Below the pieces are notes generated by a model, which had not been told where the DNA came from, searched no databases, and worked only from the letters and a program-made list of their open reading frames with translations. 64,000 nt of DNA, taken from NCBI RefSeq assembly GCF_009914755.1, contig NC_060925.1; one strand, 5' to 3'. The stretch comes from the human T2T-CHM13v2.0 reference genome, Homo sapiens. A program made the translations under genes and the position numbers. Shown in pieces: positions 48,501 to 61,874 of this stretch. How positions within the stretch are numbered: the first letter of the stretch is position 1; each line of letters starts with the position of its first letter.

Positions 48501-49107
48501 AGTTGTGCTTCTCCAGGTACTGTGCATGACCCAATAGGGCCAGACCCAGACATCACTGAGGCTTTCTCTGCTCCTAAAAGGTCTGCTGATGAGAACAGGG
48601 AAACAGAAGGCTGTTCTGAATCAAAGTATCATGAAAGAGCCAAATACATATATCTCAAACAAAGCCACCAAACCCACTTCTCCTTCTGATGACTGAGCAA
48701 TCACCTGTGAAATTTAATAAGAAAATTATCTGTAAGCAGGTTTCCCAGATCAAGAAAGATTTCCATGAAAAGAATGGGATTTTTGAGCTCTGTCGTGAGG
48801 AGCATCTTCCCTTTTTTGAGGTTTCCCCCCTTTCCTTATCTGTGCTAGCTTTTAGCTTTTGCTTTTCCCTTCCCTTTTCTTTCTGTTCACCTTTCTCCCC
48901 CTAATGCTTGACCTTCAACTGTGGTTCCCTGAGCTTCAATTTTACATTCTATGAAAAAATGGGATTCCCTCCATTAGGAGAAACTGGATTTCCCTTTCTA
49001 ATTTCCTGGATCTTTGTAAAATTCAAAGAACATCCTCAGATCCTAGACTGTTGATTGAATTATGGGTTTCACCTTCTGGAAATTTGACTTGTGGAGCAGG
49101 TTTGTTA

Positions 49108-49522
<415 letters not shown>

Positions 49523-49720
49523 TTAATCCACGTTTCTATGACCTCAGCATCCTAAGGGAACAGTGCAGGGATGGAGTTTTGATGGGGCAGAAGAACCTTT
49601 ACCGATTCTACTCTCTGATAGATGATGATGGTACTCATGAGGCTCTCAGATAAATAATTACAGTTATGCTGTTAATGAGTAGGTTACGTATAACTCCCCA
49701 AGTTACCTTTAAGAAAAAAA

Positions 49721-49830
49721 AGAGATGGAGGTCTCCCTTTGTAATCAGGGCTGGAGTGCAATAGTGCGATCATAGCCAACTGTAACCTCCAACTCCAGGG
49801 CTCAAGGGATCCTCCTGCATTAACCTCCCA
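49721..49830 (-). mobile_element. Degenerate Alu monomer (FLAM/FAM-like)
   Basis: gggctggagtgcaatagtgcgatcatagcc..aactccagggctcaagggatcctcctgc. Confidence 0.7.
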
Positions 49831-51713
49831 ATTATCAAATTGCTTTCTGAATGCATAGTCATGATTTTTAATTTCAGTCATGTATTTTATTTCTTTAATT
49901 TGGGGGGGGCCTTTGGGTTTAGAGAGTAGCGTTAATCATCCTCCTCTGTTCCTGGAGTATAATTATCATCATTCTTTGCAGTCATTTTCTTGTATTATTA
50001 TTTTATTTTTTCTTCATTATTCAGGTCCTTATTCCTATCTCTCTAACCAGCACTGGAGTGCTCAATCTGTGGCCTTGAGTATGCATGTGTCTGTGAGGAA
50101 TAGTGCATTTTCTATATATGGCATTTGATAAAATTATGCAGAATTTAAAACATTTACAAAAAAGGAAGGCCTGATACATCTCTGTGTACCTATCACTCAG
50201 TTGCAACAATTATCAACTCATGGCTAATTTCTTTTTCCTGTATATTGTTTTCCTACTCTTCTCCAGATTTTTAAAGCAAATCCCAGATATAATATAGTTT
50301 AATCTATAAATATTTCAGTATGTATTTCTAAAAGATAAAAACTCTTCCTTTTGAAAACTTTGCATCAGGAACCAAAGGAGGCCCAATACATTACAACTGG
50401 TTAACATATTTCTTAAATCTCTTTTAGCCTATAGGTTCCCATTCTATTCCTTTTTGTCTTTGGTGGTTTTTTATTCTTAAAGAAACTCAGTCATTTGTCT
50501 ATTTGTTTCTAACAACTGTTTTGTTGATTGCATCCTTGTGATAGTGCCTGACATGTTCCTCTGTCTCCTCTGTAAATTAGAAGTTAGATCTGGAGGTTTG
50601 ACCAGATTTAGGTTCAATGTAGGGGAGGCCAGACTACATTATAGGTAGAACCATGTCCTTCCATCAGAGGGGATGTGACGTCTAGTTGTCTTGTGATGTG
50701 AGTAGCCCTTAATGGTCATTCTTTATATTTAATTCCTTAGAAAATGCAAAATGAGCATAACCTAGTTTTCTCATGTCTGTTTTTGTTTGTTAGCTGAAAT
50801 ACTACTGAAAGGGAAACTTTTGTTCATCAACTTTCCCTCATCAGTTTGTGTAGGAAAAGTAGAATAAATGCTTGACTCTTTCTTTTTATTAACAGTTTTT
50901 AAAAGAATGAGTTGATTTCCCAGGGTAATCAATGAAATTTTTTTAAAACAAATATTGTAGTGAATTCATAGATTTAAACTAATTTAATGTGTTTCAATCA
51001 ACTGTAGTTACTTTCCTTAATGGTTCTCAAATTGCCCCTTCCTTGGCTAGCAGGAAACTATTCAAGTTGGCTCCTGAGTTCCTTTGACGTGAATATAGAA
51101 GTCTTACTTTCTGAGAAGTTTGCTAGATATTGTTAAATTCTTATCCCCAGGAGGTTATATCATTTTGCCTTCCCACAAGATTTGCCAGCAGAATGTGATT
51201 TTGAAATTAGGTTTTTACTAATTTAATTGGTGAGAGATGATATCTCAGTGTAGTTTTAACTTGCTTTTCTCTTATTATGACTGAGGATGAACATCTTTTC
51301 ATATTAGGAGCTATTTGCATTTTTTCCTATGAACTATCAGTTCATATCTTTATTATACATTACATTTTATTATATATTGTATATTAAATTAAAAATGTTT
51401 TGGCCTCTTTATTTTTAGAAGGTCTTCATATATTAAGAACAGTAACCTTTTGTTTATGAATAAATTGTGAACAGTTTTTCCTATTTTGCCATTTGTCTTT
51501 TTTCTTTTTTTTTGCCATGCAAAAGTTAAAAAAATGTATGTAATAAAATTTATCAATTTTTAAAATTGCTTCTGGGTTTGAGTCATAGGAAGGTTTTTCC
51601 TACTGCAAGATTATAGAGGAACTCACCCATGTTTTCTCCAAATATTTGTTGGTTTCATTTTTTAATATTTAAATCTCAGATCTGTTTGGAATTCATTCTG
51701 GAATACAGGTTAA

Positions 51714-51854
51714 CCCATTTACGCCTAGTGTTCCATTACTGGAACGCTAAGCATGGGGGAGTTATTTATATCCTACTGCTCAAGGTCATTGCCAAGGTCT
51801 GCTTTTTCACTCATGCAAAAATTCAAAAAATTGCAACCTCTGGCATAGTAATGG
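51714..51854 (+). mobile_element. MER85 piggyBac (PGBD3-derived) MITE
   Basis: TTAA at 51710-51713 then CCCATTTACGCC TIR; internal palindrome GTTCCAttacTGGAAC at 51730-51745; body matches MER85 as recalled; right TIR damaged. Confidence 0.88.
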
Positions 51855-52126
51855 ATCCGATCTTATCTTTTTCCATGTGGTTATACAGTTATACGACTTA
51901 GTAGAAAGTCTACATTTCCTCTGGTACTTTGAGATGCTGTCTTTAGCATATATTAAATGTTCATACACAATGGGGTCATTTTCCAGATTTTATTTTCTGT
52001 TCATGTGACAATACCAGTGAATTTTAATTATGGAGACTTATGGTAGGGTTGAATTCTAACAGGACTACTCTTCCCCTCTCACTCACCTCAAACCATTGTT
52101 CTTAATTTTTAGATTTTTCCTGGTGA

Positions 52127-52442
<316 letters not shown>

Positions 52443-54294
52443 ACAAATGAACTTTATATTATACTTGTCTAACTCCAGATAAAAAATTATTTGATGATAT
52501 TTGTTATTGAGATTGCATTACACTTAGAAGACATAAAAAATGGAATTTTTAGGATGGTAAGTCTTCCGATTGAAAAACATGATATCTCATTTCATTTATT
52601 CAAGTCTACCTTTGTTTCTTCCAGGTTGTTTTGTAGTTTTCCTCATATAAGTTTTGGCCTAGGTATTTTATTTTTGCTATAGTAAAATGAGGTTTTCTCT
52701 TTCATTAGACTTTGAATTGGGTTTCTTTGCATATAATAATTTTAATTCTTGCTACCTTACTGAGTTTTCTTATAATTTTGGTAGTTTTTCTATTGATTCT
52801 TTGCAATTTTTGAGATTATATTATATGTAAATAGACTTTACCTCTGTCATTTCAATTCTTATTCCTCTAGATTCTTTCTCTTATCCAACTGGATTAATTT
52901 AAACACAATGTTAAATAGAGGAAGAGATAGTGCTTGTCTTGTCTTGTTCCCGACTTTTGTAGAAACACCTTTGGTTGTTTCCATTTGGTAAGATGCTGGA
53001 TTTGGGTTTTTGTCTGTTGGTTTCTTTTGTTTGTCTATAACCCCCTCTTTTCTCTCCCTTTTCTTTCACTGAATCTATTTTGAAGTAATAGTCATTTACT
53101 CCCAATAAATTCCTATAAGGCAATCAGTGAGCTTATTTTATTCTTCACATATTCTTTCCAACATCCTTCTATTTTTTAATTGTTGTATCACATGGAAATT
53201 GTCACATAGCTTTAACACACTACTTTTCATATTCTTATGTGTTCTCCCTTGTAACTATAATTTAGTCAGAGTCTTACTAATAAATCCACATTTAATATTA
53301 AATAATTATTTTCTAGTTGTTTGCTACTAAGTATAAAAGTGGAATTACTTTTTGTATATAGACCTTGTATCTTACAACCTTGCTAAATTTGTTAATAAGT
53401 TCTAACAACTGTTTTATAGTTTCCTATAAAACTTTCTACGTAAACAATCATGTCTATTTCATTGCAGATATTCCCTACCTCTTAATTCATTACAAGCATA
53501 TGTTCCTTTACCTCACTGAGCATAGTTATACTGTATAAAATTGCTTTAAATTCCTCACCTGAGAATCCTAACATCTGGGTCATCTCAGGGTTGGCATCAT
53601 GTTGATTATTTTTTTCCCTTGAGAATGGCTCACATCTTCCTGAGTCTTATTTGTTGAATAATTTTGGATCGTAGCCTGGACACTGTGAATATTATGTTGT
53701 AAAGACTCTGCATTCTGTTATATTTCTCCAAGGAGTGTTGACATTTTGTTTTAGCAGACAATTAACTTGATTTAGACTCAGAATGCCAACTCTTGTGCCT
53801 GTGTTAGGTAGTGGCTCAGATCTCTGGTCAGTTCTTGAAGTCACAGCAGTCAGTCAGCTGCTTTCAGTTTGTTCCATGTATGTGTGATTCAGAAGTCAGT
53901 CAGAGACTTGGGCTAGGTCTATACATACAATTTGAGATTCTCTTGTTCTTGTTCTCTTCTTTCTGGGGTTTACTCTTATTTTCCAGAAGCTTTGGTTGTC
54001 CTGGTTCCTCTGGTTAGAAAGATGATGGACTTTTTACCAGAATTTAAGCCGTTCCGCACCAGTGTTGCTGCAAATGTGGTCTCCCTCAGGGTAAAGCCAC
54101 AATAAGCAAGGAACTCGCTCCAGCCTGGCCACTTGCTTCGAATTTCACTCACCTCCAAAATATGCCTGCCTTTGTTTCAGTCCTTAGAGTTCTCAGGTAA
54201 CTTTTTGTTGTATTTATTTTCTAAGAGTTTATAGATGCTGTTTGACTTGGCAAGAGTTCACTCTTTTATACCAGAAGCGGAACTTCTCTTAGTA

Positions 54295-54644
54295 CAGGTT
54301 GAGTATCCCTTATCTGAAATCCACGGGACCAGAAGTGTTTCGGATTTTGGATATTTTCAGATTTTGGAATATTTGCATATACATAATGAGATATCTTGGG
54401 GATGGGACCTAAGTCTAAATATGAAATTTATTTATGTTTCATATACACCTAGCCTGAAGGTAATTCTATACAATATACTTTAATAATTTTGTCCATGAAA
54501 CAAAATTCCTGTACGTTGAACTGCTGGAAAGCAAAGGTGTCAGGTGTGGAATTTTCCACTTGTGGTGTCATGTCAGTGTTCAGAAAGTTTCAGATTTTGG
54601 AGTATTTTAGATTTTGCATTTTTGCATTAAGGATCCTCAACCTG
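54295..54644. mobile_element. Tigger4b/MER46-type TcMar MITE
   Basis: TA|CAGGTTGAGTATCCCTTA ... TAAGGATCCTCAACCTG|TA: TIRs and TA TSD. Confidence 0.88.
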
Positions 54645-56224
54645 TACTTTAAAAAATGTTGAAAGTGTCAAGTTCAGGAGGAAGTCCAGCCTCTGGAGCA
54701 GGCCCAGATGGGATTAGTTTTGATCCTAATAATCCTTCAACAGTGATTTCTCTACTCCCCTATAGCAAAGCCTGCCTTTTCTGGGTTGAGGCTGATGGTG
54801 AAGCTCACGTTTTAATGATGAGTACTTCTCCATAGGAGAATTTTCTGCCTCTTAGGTTCTGAGCCTCACTATGGCCACTGCTAGCCACTTGGAGCTAGAT
54901 GGAATCAGGGCAGTGTCAGGTGTCACATCTCCCATCTATGAGCCCACAGGACTGTGCTCAGCAAGCATCCCAGTCTGCAGAGCAGGTGTAGAGTTGAGAT
55001 GGCAACATCTTCTTAAATCTCCCATATATGAGATTGCCCTTCAGTCTGACAGCAAGAGGACCACCTTACCTCCAGCGGGGGAATATTGTGTCTACAAAAG
55101 CACAGGGAAAAGGGATCAAAAATGGAGGTCTGTTCCCTGAATCCTGGGAAATGCAATCACTGGATCCTGCCATATTTTCTGCCTCTCGTGTAACTTTCAC
55201 ACTAAGTTGTAGTCTCTTTCAAATATACCATTTCTTTCATAAAGCCTTTTGAGATTGTCAATAATCTCACTTAAAAAATCTCTCCAAGAACTGAGTATTT
55301 GTGGACTATGTTATCCCCTGTTTTGTCCTCTAATAATTTCATATGTACATGTCCTGTCTTCTCTATCAGTCTGTAATAATTTTCAGGGCTGGATCCCATT
55401 TCTTGAACAATTTATCTACCTATCAGTGCCTAACATAGGACATGTTATTAGAGTAGAATTGGTTTGAACTTGAAACCAGGAACACATTTTGACAGCTCAG
55501 AGCTCTGGGTTTGCAGTAGAAAATAATGTCTGTGAATTTATGTCTGTAAATTTCACTGTAGGTGGTCACAGAGCAATTTTAAGAGTCGAGGGCTCCAAGT
55601 TTGCAGTGCAGAATATTAGGAGTAAATCTTTAAAAGAAACAAGTAAATGATGGACCTGTGTGTCTGAAGATTTCAATTTAAGTAGAGGGGCTTAAAGCCA
55701 AGATGAGGATTATCAAGAAAGCAAACATGGCTATTTCAACAGGATTTAACCAAGTTAAATCCTGGGGCATGATCCTGGCATTTTAATTGAAATTAAAATT
55801 TAACATCAATGAAGTAAGAACACAGCACTGAATAAGAGTGGCACTTTAGTCTCATCCTGTACACAAAATGTCAGCCTGACTTTTTCTCCCGGAAGGTTCT
55901 GTGAGACCAAGGAATTTTCTAAGCAGGGTGTCTCTAGATCAGCAACGAGTGTTACATTATTGTTATTCTAGTCACAGATGGTTTTTAGACATTCTGTGTC
56001 CATCAGTTTGTTTCCTGACCTAACAGGATATACTGTTTACATTGTCTTGCTGGGAGTGCTATCAGCCTTGTTATGTTCCATAGGCCTTTTCTCCTGATCC
56101 ATCTTGTGAATAGTCCTCACTGATTTCTCCCTCCACTGAAGTCCTAGCACTTATCGTCCATGCTGCCCACGGACTCATCAAGTCATAATGTCTTGTCTTT
56201 GATGCCCACCTGGTTCAACTCACT

Positions 56225-56355
56225 CACCTTACACATGAGAAAACCAAGGCCCAGAGTGCCGTAGTCAGTTTCCTAAGGTCATGCAGTAATTTGATAGCAA
56301 AATTGTGATTAGAATCTGAGTCTTCACAGTTTGGTATGCTTCCACCTCCATGGCA
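56225..56355. mobile_element. MIR
   Basis: ttacacatgagaaaaccaaggcccagag...cctaaggtcatgcagtaat. Confidence 0.6.
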
Positions 56356-57384
56356 CTGCTCACATTTACTATTATAAACATATAATAATAGAAATAATAA
56401 TAAAATGATAATGTGGTATGTTTGTATAATGCTTTGTGCCTCATTTATTATATTATTATTATTTTTTACTTCTATCAAGACAGTACTGATTTGGTTAGAG
56501 GGCCAGTTCTTACAATATTTGGTCCCTAGAATTGAGCTCTATTTACAAAAAAGTCTTTTTAAAAAAACTAACAAATTGTATTTGTGATGCACAACATGAT
56601 GTTTTGAAATATGTCTACATTATGGAAAGGTTCAATTGTAAGCTCTGTTTTTGGGTGGGAGCACTTATTAGGATTTTCCATGGCCCAGAGAGACTGTACC
56701 GACTCTGTCCTCCTTCCCTGGTTATGCCTCTGTGCTTACCAAGCAGCCTTCCGAGGACTCATGTGGTCTTGCAGATACACTGATAGGAAGGAGGTAAGCT
56801 GGCTGGAGAATTTGAGTACATTACTTCAGGCCTCGGAAAGAATAACTCCCTGAGTAAATTAATAAACCGGCATTCTAGTTTCTCAGTCTCTGGAAACTTT
56901 GGCTTATGTGAACTATCCCCTGAGACTGGTTAATTTGGAGGGGACAGACAGAACTGTGTTTTAGAAGCTGCTCAGCCGAGATCAGATCTTCGCTGATGAT
57001 GGCTCTGCCGGGCCATGACTGTGTTGTAGGGCTTGTCTTAGGAACTGCAAGTGGGCCAGCTAATCACAGTTTTATGATGAGCTACTTGATTTCTGGTTCC
57101 GTTTGGTACGCCCCATTTTATGCAGAGCTAAGGCACTTTCACAGGCTGGGTTTCGTACTCACAAAGCTTGATTACAACGTCAGCCCAAAAACAGCCCAAG
57201 AGGACCGCCGAGGCAATCCTAGACAGCTGTGAGACAAAGGGGATGCCCGGCTTTTAATTCAGGTGAGGGCAGATTCCAGTTAGAAAAAAATCCTGAAGCC
57301 AATGAGAATTTGCTACCATTTATCAAACAATCTCATTCTCCAGAAATCTCATTCTCACCTATATTTAGGACAAACAGTAAGTGG

Positions 57385-57800
57385 GCCTGTTACTGTGCCA
57401 TCAGCTCAAACCACCCCAAAACTCAGAGGCTTAAAACAACGATCATTTATTCTCAGGGACCAGCAGGTGAGCTGGGGCAGCTTTCCTTCAGGCTACAGTG
57501 GTGGCATAGCTCTTCTTCATGCATCCCTCCTGCTCCTCCTGGGACTGGTGGGCCAAGCTGGGCATGTTCCTTCCATGGTGGAGTCACAGGGGCAGGTGAG
57601 ACAGCCCTAATGTGCAAGCACACCTCAAGCCCCTGCTTTCTCGTGTCTGCTGCATCCCTTGGGCCAAAGCAAGTTACATGGCTGAGCCCAGCTTCAAAGG
57701 CCAGGGACGGTTCCCTGCCTTCTTGTGGGAGGAGCTGCCAGTTTACACAGCAAAGAGTGTGGACACAGGGAGGGCTGGAGGACTGAAGACATTAAGACAA
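57385..57800 (-). mobile_element. Old MLT1-type LTR
   Basis: aaaccaccccaaaactcagaggcttaaaacaacgatcatttatt...ggccaaagcaagttacatggctgagccca. Confidence 0.7.
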
Positions 57801-57907
57801 GCAATCCCCAGGGCCAGCTGCTATTTGGAATTCTTGGTGACAGGTTTTTGTTATTCATCGTCCCTGGGAAAGGTTTATCTACATGATGAGGTCCTTTTAA
57901 AAGAGAA

Positions 57908-58515
57908 TGTGGTAACAGTTTGGCAGTTCCTCAAAAAGTTAAATGTGGAATTACCATATGACCCAGCAATTCCACTTCTGGGTATATCCCCAAAAGAATG
58001 GAAAGCAGGGACTTATATAGACACTAGGACCTCAATGTTCACTACAGCATTATTCACAATGGCCAAAAGGTGGAAACAATCCAAATGTTCATTGAAAGAT
58101 GATTGGATGAGCAAAATGTGGTATGTACATCCAATGGATTAGTATTCAGTCTTAAAAAGGAGGGAAATTCTGACACATGCTACAACATGAATGAACCTTG
58201 AAAACATTATGGTGAGTGAAATAAATCAGACACAAGGGATATGTGTGGGATGAAAAATACTGTATGAATCCACTTAACATGAGGTACGTAGAGTAATCAA
58301 ATCCATAGAGACAGAAAGTGGAATTGTGGTTGCCAGGGGCTGGGGGCAGGGGGAATGGAGTAATGGTTTAATAGGTACAGAGTTTCTGTTGGGGAAGATG
58401 GAAGTTCTGTAGATGGAGGGTGGTGATGGTTGAACAATGTGAATGTACTTAATGCCACGAATTGTATACTTTAAAATGATTAAAAGGGTGAGTTTTATGT
58501 TATAGATATTTTATG
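57908..58515 (+). mobile_element. L1MB-type 3' end
   Basis: [22 protein letters not shown] peptide followed by an L1MB 3'UTR. Confidence 0.85.
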
Positions 58516-59499
58516 TTGGCTTGGTCATCAGATCTTCAGAGAGACCTGGGGCATCAGATATGCAGAGAGGGTGTGAAGATCCTGCCATCCATTCTAGTAT
58601 GAAGGCCTGTGTGTCTCAAAGATGAGGAGAGAAGGAAGCTCAGGTCTGAAATATTTGGATTAAATATGCTTATGAAATTTTTATTTGCAGAATTAAATCC
58701 ATTTGGCCAGGCTAGAAGTTTGCTCACTTTGTAGAAACTGACTCAAGCTTGTATACGAAAAGTCCTGGGAAATGGGAGGATTCAGCACCTGAGGAGGTAA
58801 AATGAGGGCAATCTGGGGGCTAATAAGACTGTGGTTTCTTTTCTCACCTTTTGTTAAATGGGTAACATAACAGATGCATGGGGAAGGATGGTGGACCCAA
58901 TAAAGCCAGCAAAGTAACAATGAAGCCAATATGAGTGCTTAATGACACCTGCAGAGCTTGTCAGGGACTACGCAAGGTTTTGATGGGAGAGATGCCCAAA
59001 CCTTCCTCTTATGATGGTTGGACTATTAGTATGTTTTCTGAGAAGAGAAAGCTAATGGGTGCCTCAAAACCTACCAGCTTCTGGTGTAGAAGGAGGTAGG
59101 TTCACCTGTCTAAATATATGTGCTTTTCCTTTTTTCCTTCCCAAATATGCTCTTCAGAAATATGCCAATGACACTGATATCTCAGTGTGGTGAAGGAGGA
59201 AGGAGGCGCTTGTCTTTAACCTTGACAACTGAAGAGGACTTCCTTTGTGCAAAGGTTCTGTGCCTTTATTGTTTTCTGTTTTCTCCCTGTCTCTTCTGTC
59301 CCTTATCTCCCTGGACTTGGAAAGAGAGAGATTCTAAATGGCCACCTTTCTATGTGTGACAACATTTTTAGGGTATCCACCTGGGAGGACAGGGTTGGCA
59401 CATGCTGAGGAAGCAGTACATTGTCTAATCAGTTGTACCTGCTGTTAGACCTGCCTCTAGGATACAGCATGGGCTTGGGATGAGAATATCTTTTCTTTC

Positions 59500-59788
59500 C
59501 TTTTTTTTTTTTTTTTTTAAGATGGTGTGTCACTCTGTTGCCTGGGCTGGAGTGCAGTGGTGCGATCTTGGCTCACTGCGATATCTGCCTCCCGGATTCA
59601 AGTGATTTTCCTGCCTCAGCCTTCTGAGTAGCTGGGATTACAGGTGCCCACCACTACGCCCAGCTAATTTTTTGTATTTTTAGTAGAGAAGGGGTGTCAC
59701 CATGTTGGCCAGGCTGGTCTTGAACTCCTGACTTTGTGATTCGCCTTCCTTGGCCTCCCAAAGTACTGGGATTACAGACATGAGCCAC
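59500..59788 (-). mobile_element. AluSc/Sg-like
   Basis: Antisense Alu, slightly 5'-truncated; flanks share tttctttc. Confidence 0.9.
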
Positions 59789-60744
59789 TTTCTTTCTCTG
59801 ATGACTCATGTGGTCTTTGCTTGAGAATTCTGGGCCTTGGCAAGTTGTGTACCATTAGGCTCTCTGAATAGACAGACCACCATTGTCTGCGTTCCCTGGA
59901 GATGTGGAACTAAATGTTATTTCCTTGGTCTTGGCCTTTCCCTCAAGCAAATACAGCCTCATGAAATTCTGGGTATGACCAGAGTCCCAAGAACCATAGG
60001 CCTGGGTGTCCAGCCATGGTTCCTGAGGGCAGAACAATAGAAATATTGCAGAACAGACCCAGCAGCAACCAGATCAAAGGCCCAAGGAGGGCAACCGACA
60101 AGGCTGCCTGTGGTCCTAGGTAATGGAAAGTGAAGGGACATTTGGTGAGTCATCACCAGAGCATCCATGGGGCTCGGGCAGAGGCTGCTGGGAGCACTGC
60201 CTGCTGTAGTCCAGGACCATCCCTTCCTGATCAATGGAAATGCATTCCTGCTTGTTCTAGTCTGGTGCCAAAGATGAACTCTCCCACTTCCCCCTCCTTT
60301 TACTCTAAACATCCCACAGGGACAGAATAAATAATGATTCAGATCAGTTGTCCTCAGAGTGGAGACCTGTCAGAGATCTGTCAGGAATGATGTGTAAACA
60401 GGGATGGGAAAATGAAAACTAGAAAAGCCTCAGGTGGGCTGTTAGAGAGGCATGAAGGCACCTGTGGCAAAACAGTTCACAGACTGTGATGGTTTTGGAA
60501 AACTATGGTTACTTTTTCTAAAATAGTCAATATGTGTGGATTTTCAGGATTAAAATTTGCAACCTTCCCTGAAAGGTAGGGAGGTGGTACTCAGACTTCT
60601 GTGTAATTGCAGTGTTAGGAGGGTGCATGGGAAGTTATCTTCCCTATTTCGTTGTCTTCAGGCAAGACCAACCAAGGCACCTGACTCAATTCCAGCCCAT
60701 TTAAAAAAATCTCCATTTAAAAAATTGCTTGGCTTGTTTTTATT

Positions 60745-60960
60745 ATAATGTTTATTGAATATTTTCTATGTACTATGTTCTTGACAGGCATCATCTCCTT
60801 TAATCCTTGCAATCACCCTATGAGAAAGGTATTGCTATTATCCACATTATACAGACAAGAAAACCGAGGCCCAGAAAGGTTAAATCACTTGCCCAAACCC
60901 ACGTGTTGTTTGCTTAGTGGCTGCTCTGGCAGTGAGCCTGGCATCTGACTCCAGAGCCTT
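60745..60960. mobile_element. MIR
   Basis: tttattgaatattttctatgt...acagacaagaaaaccgaggcccagaaaggttaaatcacttgcccaa. Confidence 0.75.
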
Positions 60961-61015
60961 AGCCTGGAGCACTGCTTGGGAGCCGTTCCTCAGGGTCTCG
61001 CTTTGGTGTACCTTC

Positions 61016-61265
61016 TGCAGTTTTGTCTCAGGACACCATAACAAAGTGCCACAGATTGGGTGGCTTAGACAATTGAAATTTATTTTCTCACACTTCTGGA
61101 GGCTAGATGTCTGAGATCAAGGTGCTGACAAGCTTGGTTGCCTGACTTTGCTAGCATGCTGTTCTTAGACTTCCAGCCTCCATGGCTGTAAGAAATAAAT
61201 TTCTGTTGTTTATAAGCCACCCAGTCCATGGTACTTTGTTATAGCAGCCTGAACTGACTAAGGCA
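61016..61265. mobile_element. Two MLT1 LTR 3'-end fragments joined head-to-head
   Basis: 61016-61140 is an antisense MLT1 end; 61141-61265 is a sense MLT1 end (aataaatttctgttgtttataagccaccc...gactaaggca). Confidence 0.8.
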
Positions 61266-61767
61266 ATAACCATTTAAAGGTCCCCTGGGAAGGGACATGG
61301 AGTGGAGAGGAGATACCAGTGTTGGAGCCCTGTCCCCATTCCTGTGGGCTTATGCTGGTCTGGGCCCTTAGATTTTATTCTCTCGGAGATTCTTATGAAT
61401 TAGTAAATATGGTTTTTCTTTCCCATTATAGGGTGGTTGTCTTTCTTGCATAGAGGAGGGGGATGGGTGTATATGATCTTGGCTGCTCCTAGACCTTAAT
61501 TAGCCTGAGACTTTTCCAGGGTAACCCATCTGTTGAAGTCAGAGTTTTCCATTTCAGAATTTTATCTCTTTCCAAGGTACAGCCAGAGCCCTAGGAAGGG
61601 TACGACTCTATTACAATATACTCGACTTGAAACTGTAACTAAAAATGATGGTGATGAATTGCAGACAGAGCAAGCAAGTGAGCGAGAGAGCATGCAGGAG
61701 TGAGCAAGCAGCATCTGTTGAATGGTGAACCCCAAGAGTTCAATTACCCCAGTTCTCGCTGCAGAAG

Positions 61768-61781
61768 GTAACCATGGAAAC
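61768..61781. promoter_or_regulatory. RFX X-box motif
   Basis: GTAACCATGGAAAC closely matches the palindromic RFX consensus GTNRCC-AT-RGYAAC; function not shown. Confidence 0.5.
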
Positions 61782-61818
61782 CTCATAATCCAAAGCATCA
61801 CCAGTCTCCGAGCAAAAT

Positions 61819-61826
61819 ACACACAC

Positions 61827-61871
<45 letters not shown>
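61819..61871. repeat. (CA)n microsatellite
   Basis: Seen directly. Confidence 0.95.

Positions 61872-61874
<3 letters not shown>

Noticed and set aside
55066-55085. CTCF-like motif (also at 63762-63780)
   Set aside because: Only partial matches to the core; the second lies in an L2 fragment
56380-56470. AT-rich imperfect palindrome
   Set aside because: Explained by (AAT)n/(ATT)n low complexity; no convincing TIR or TSD
56775-56793. Possible 19-nt exon (GCAG...GAG|GTAAGC)
   Set aside because: Weak pyrimidine tract and no supporting reading frame
57229-58142. 185-aa and 176-aa ORFs
   Set aside because: They run through MLT1 and L1MB fragments and show no coherent domain
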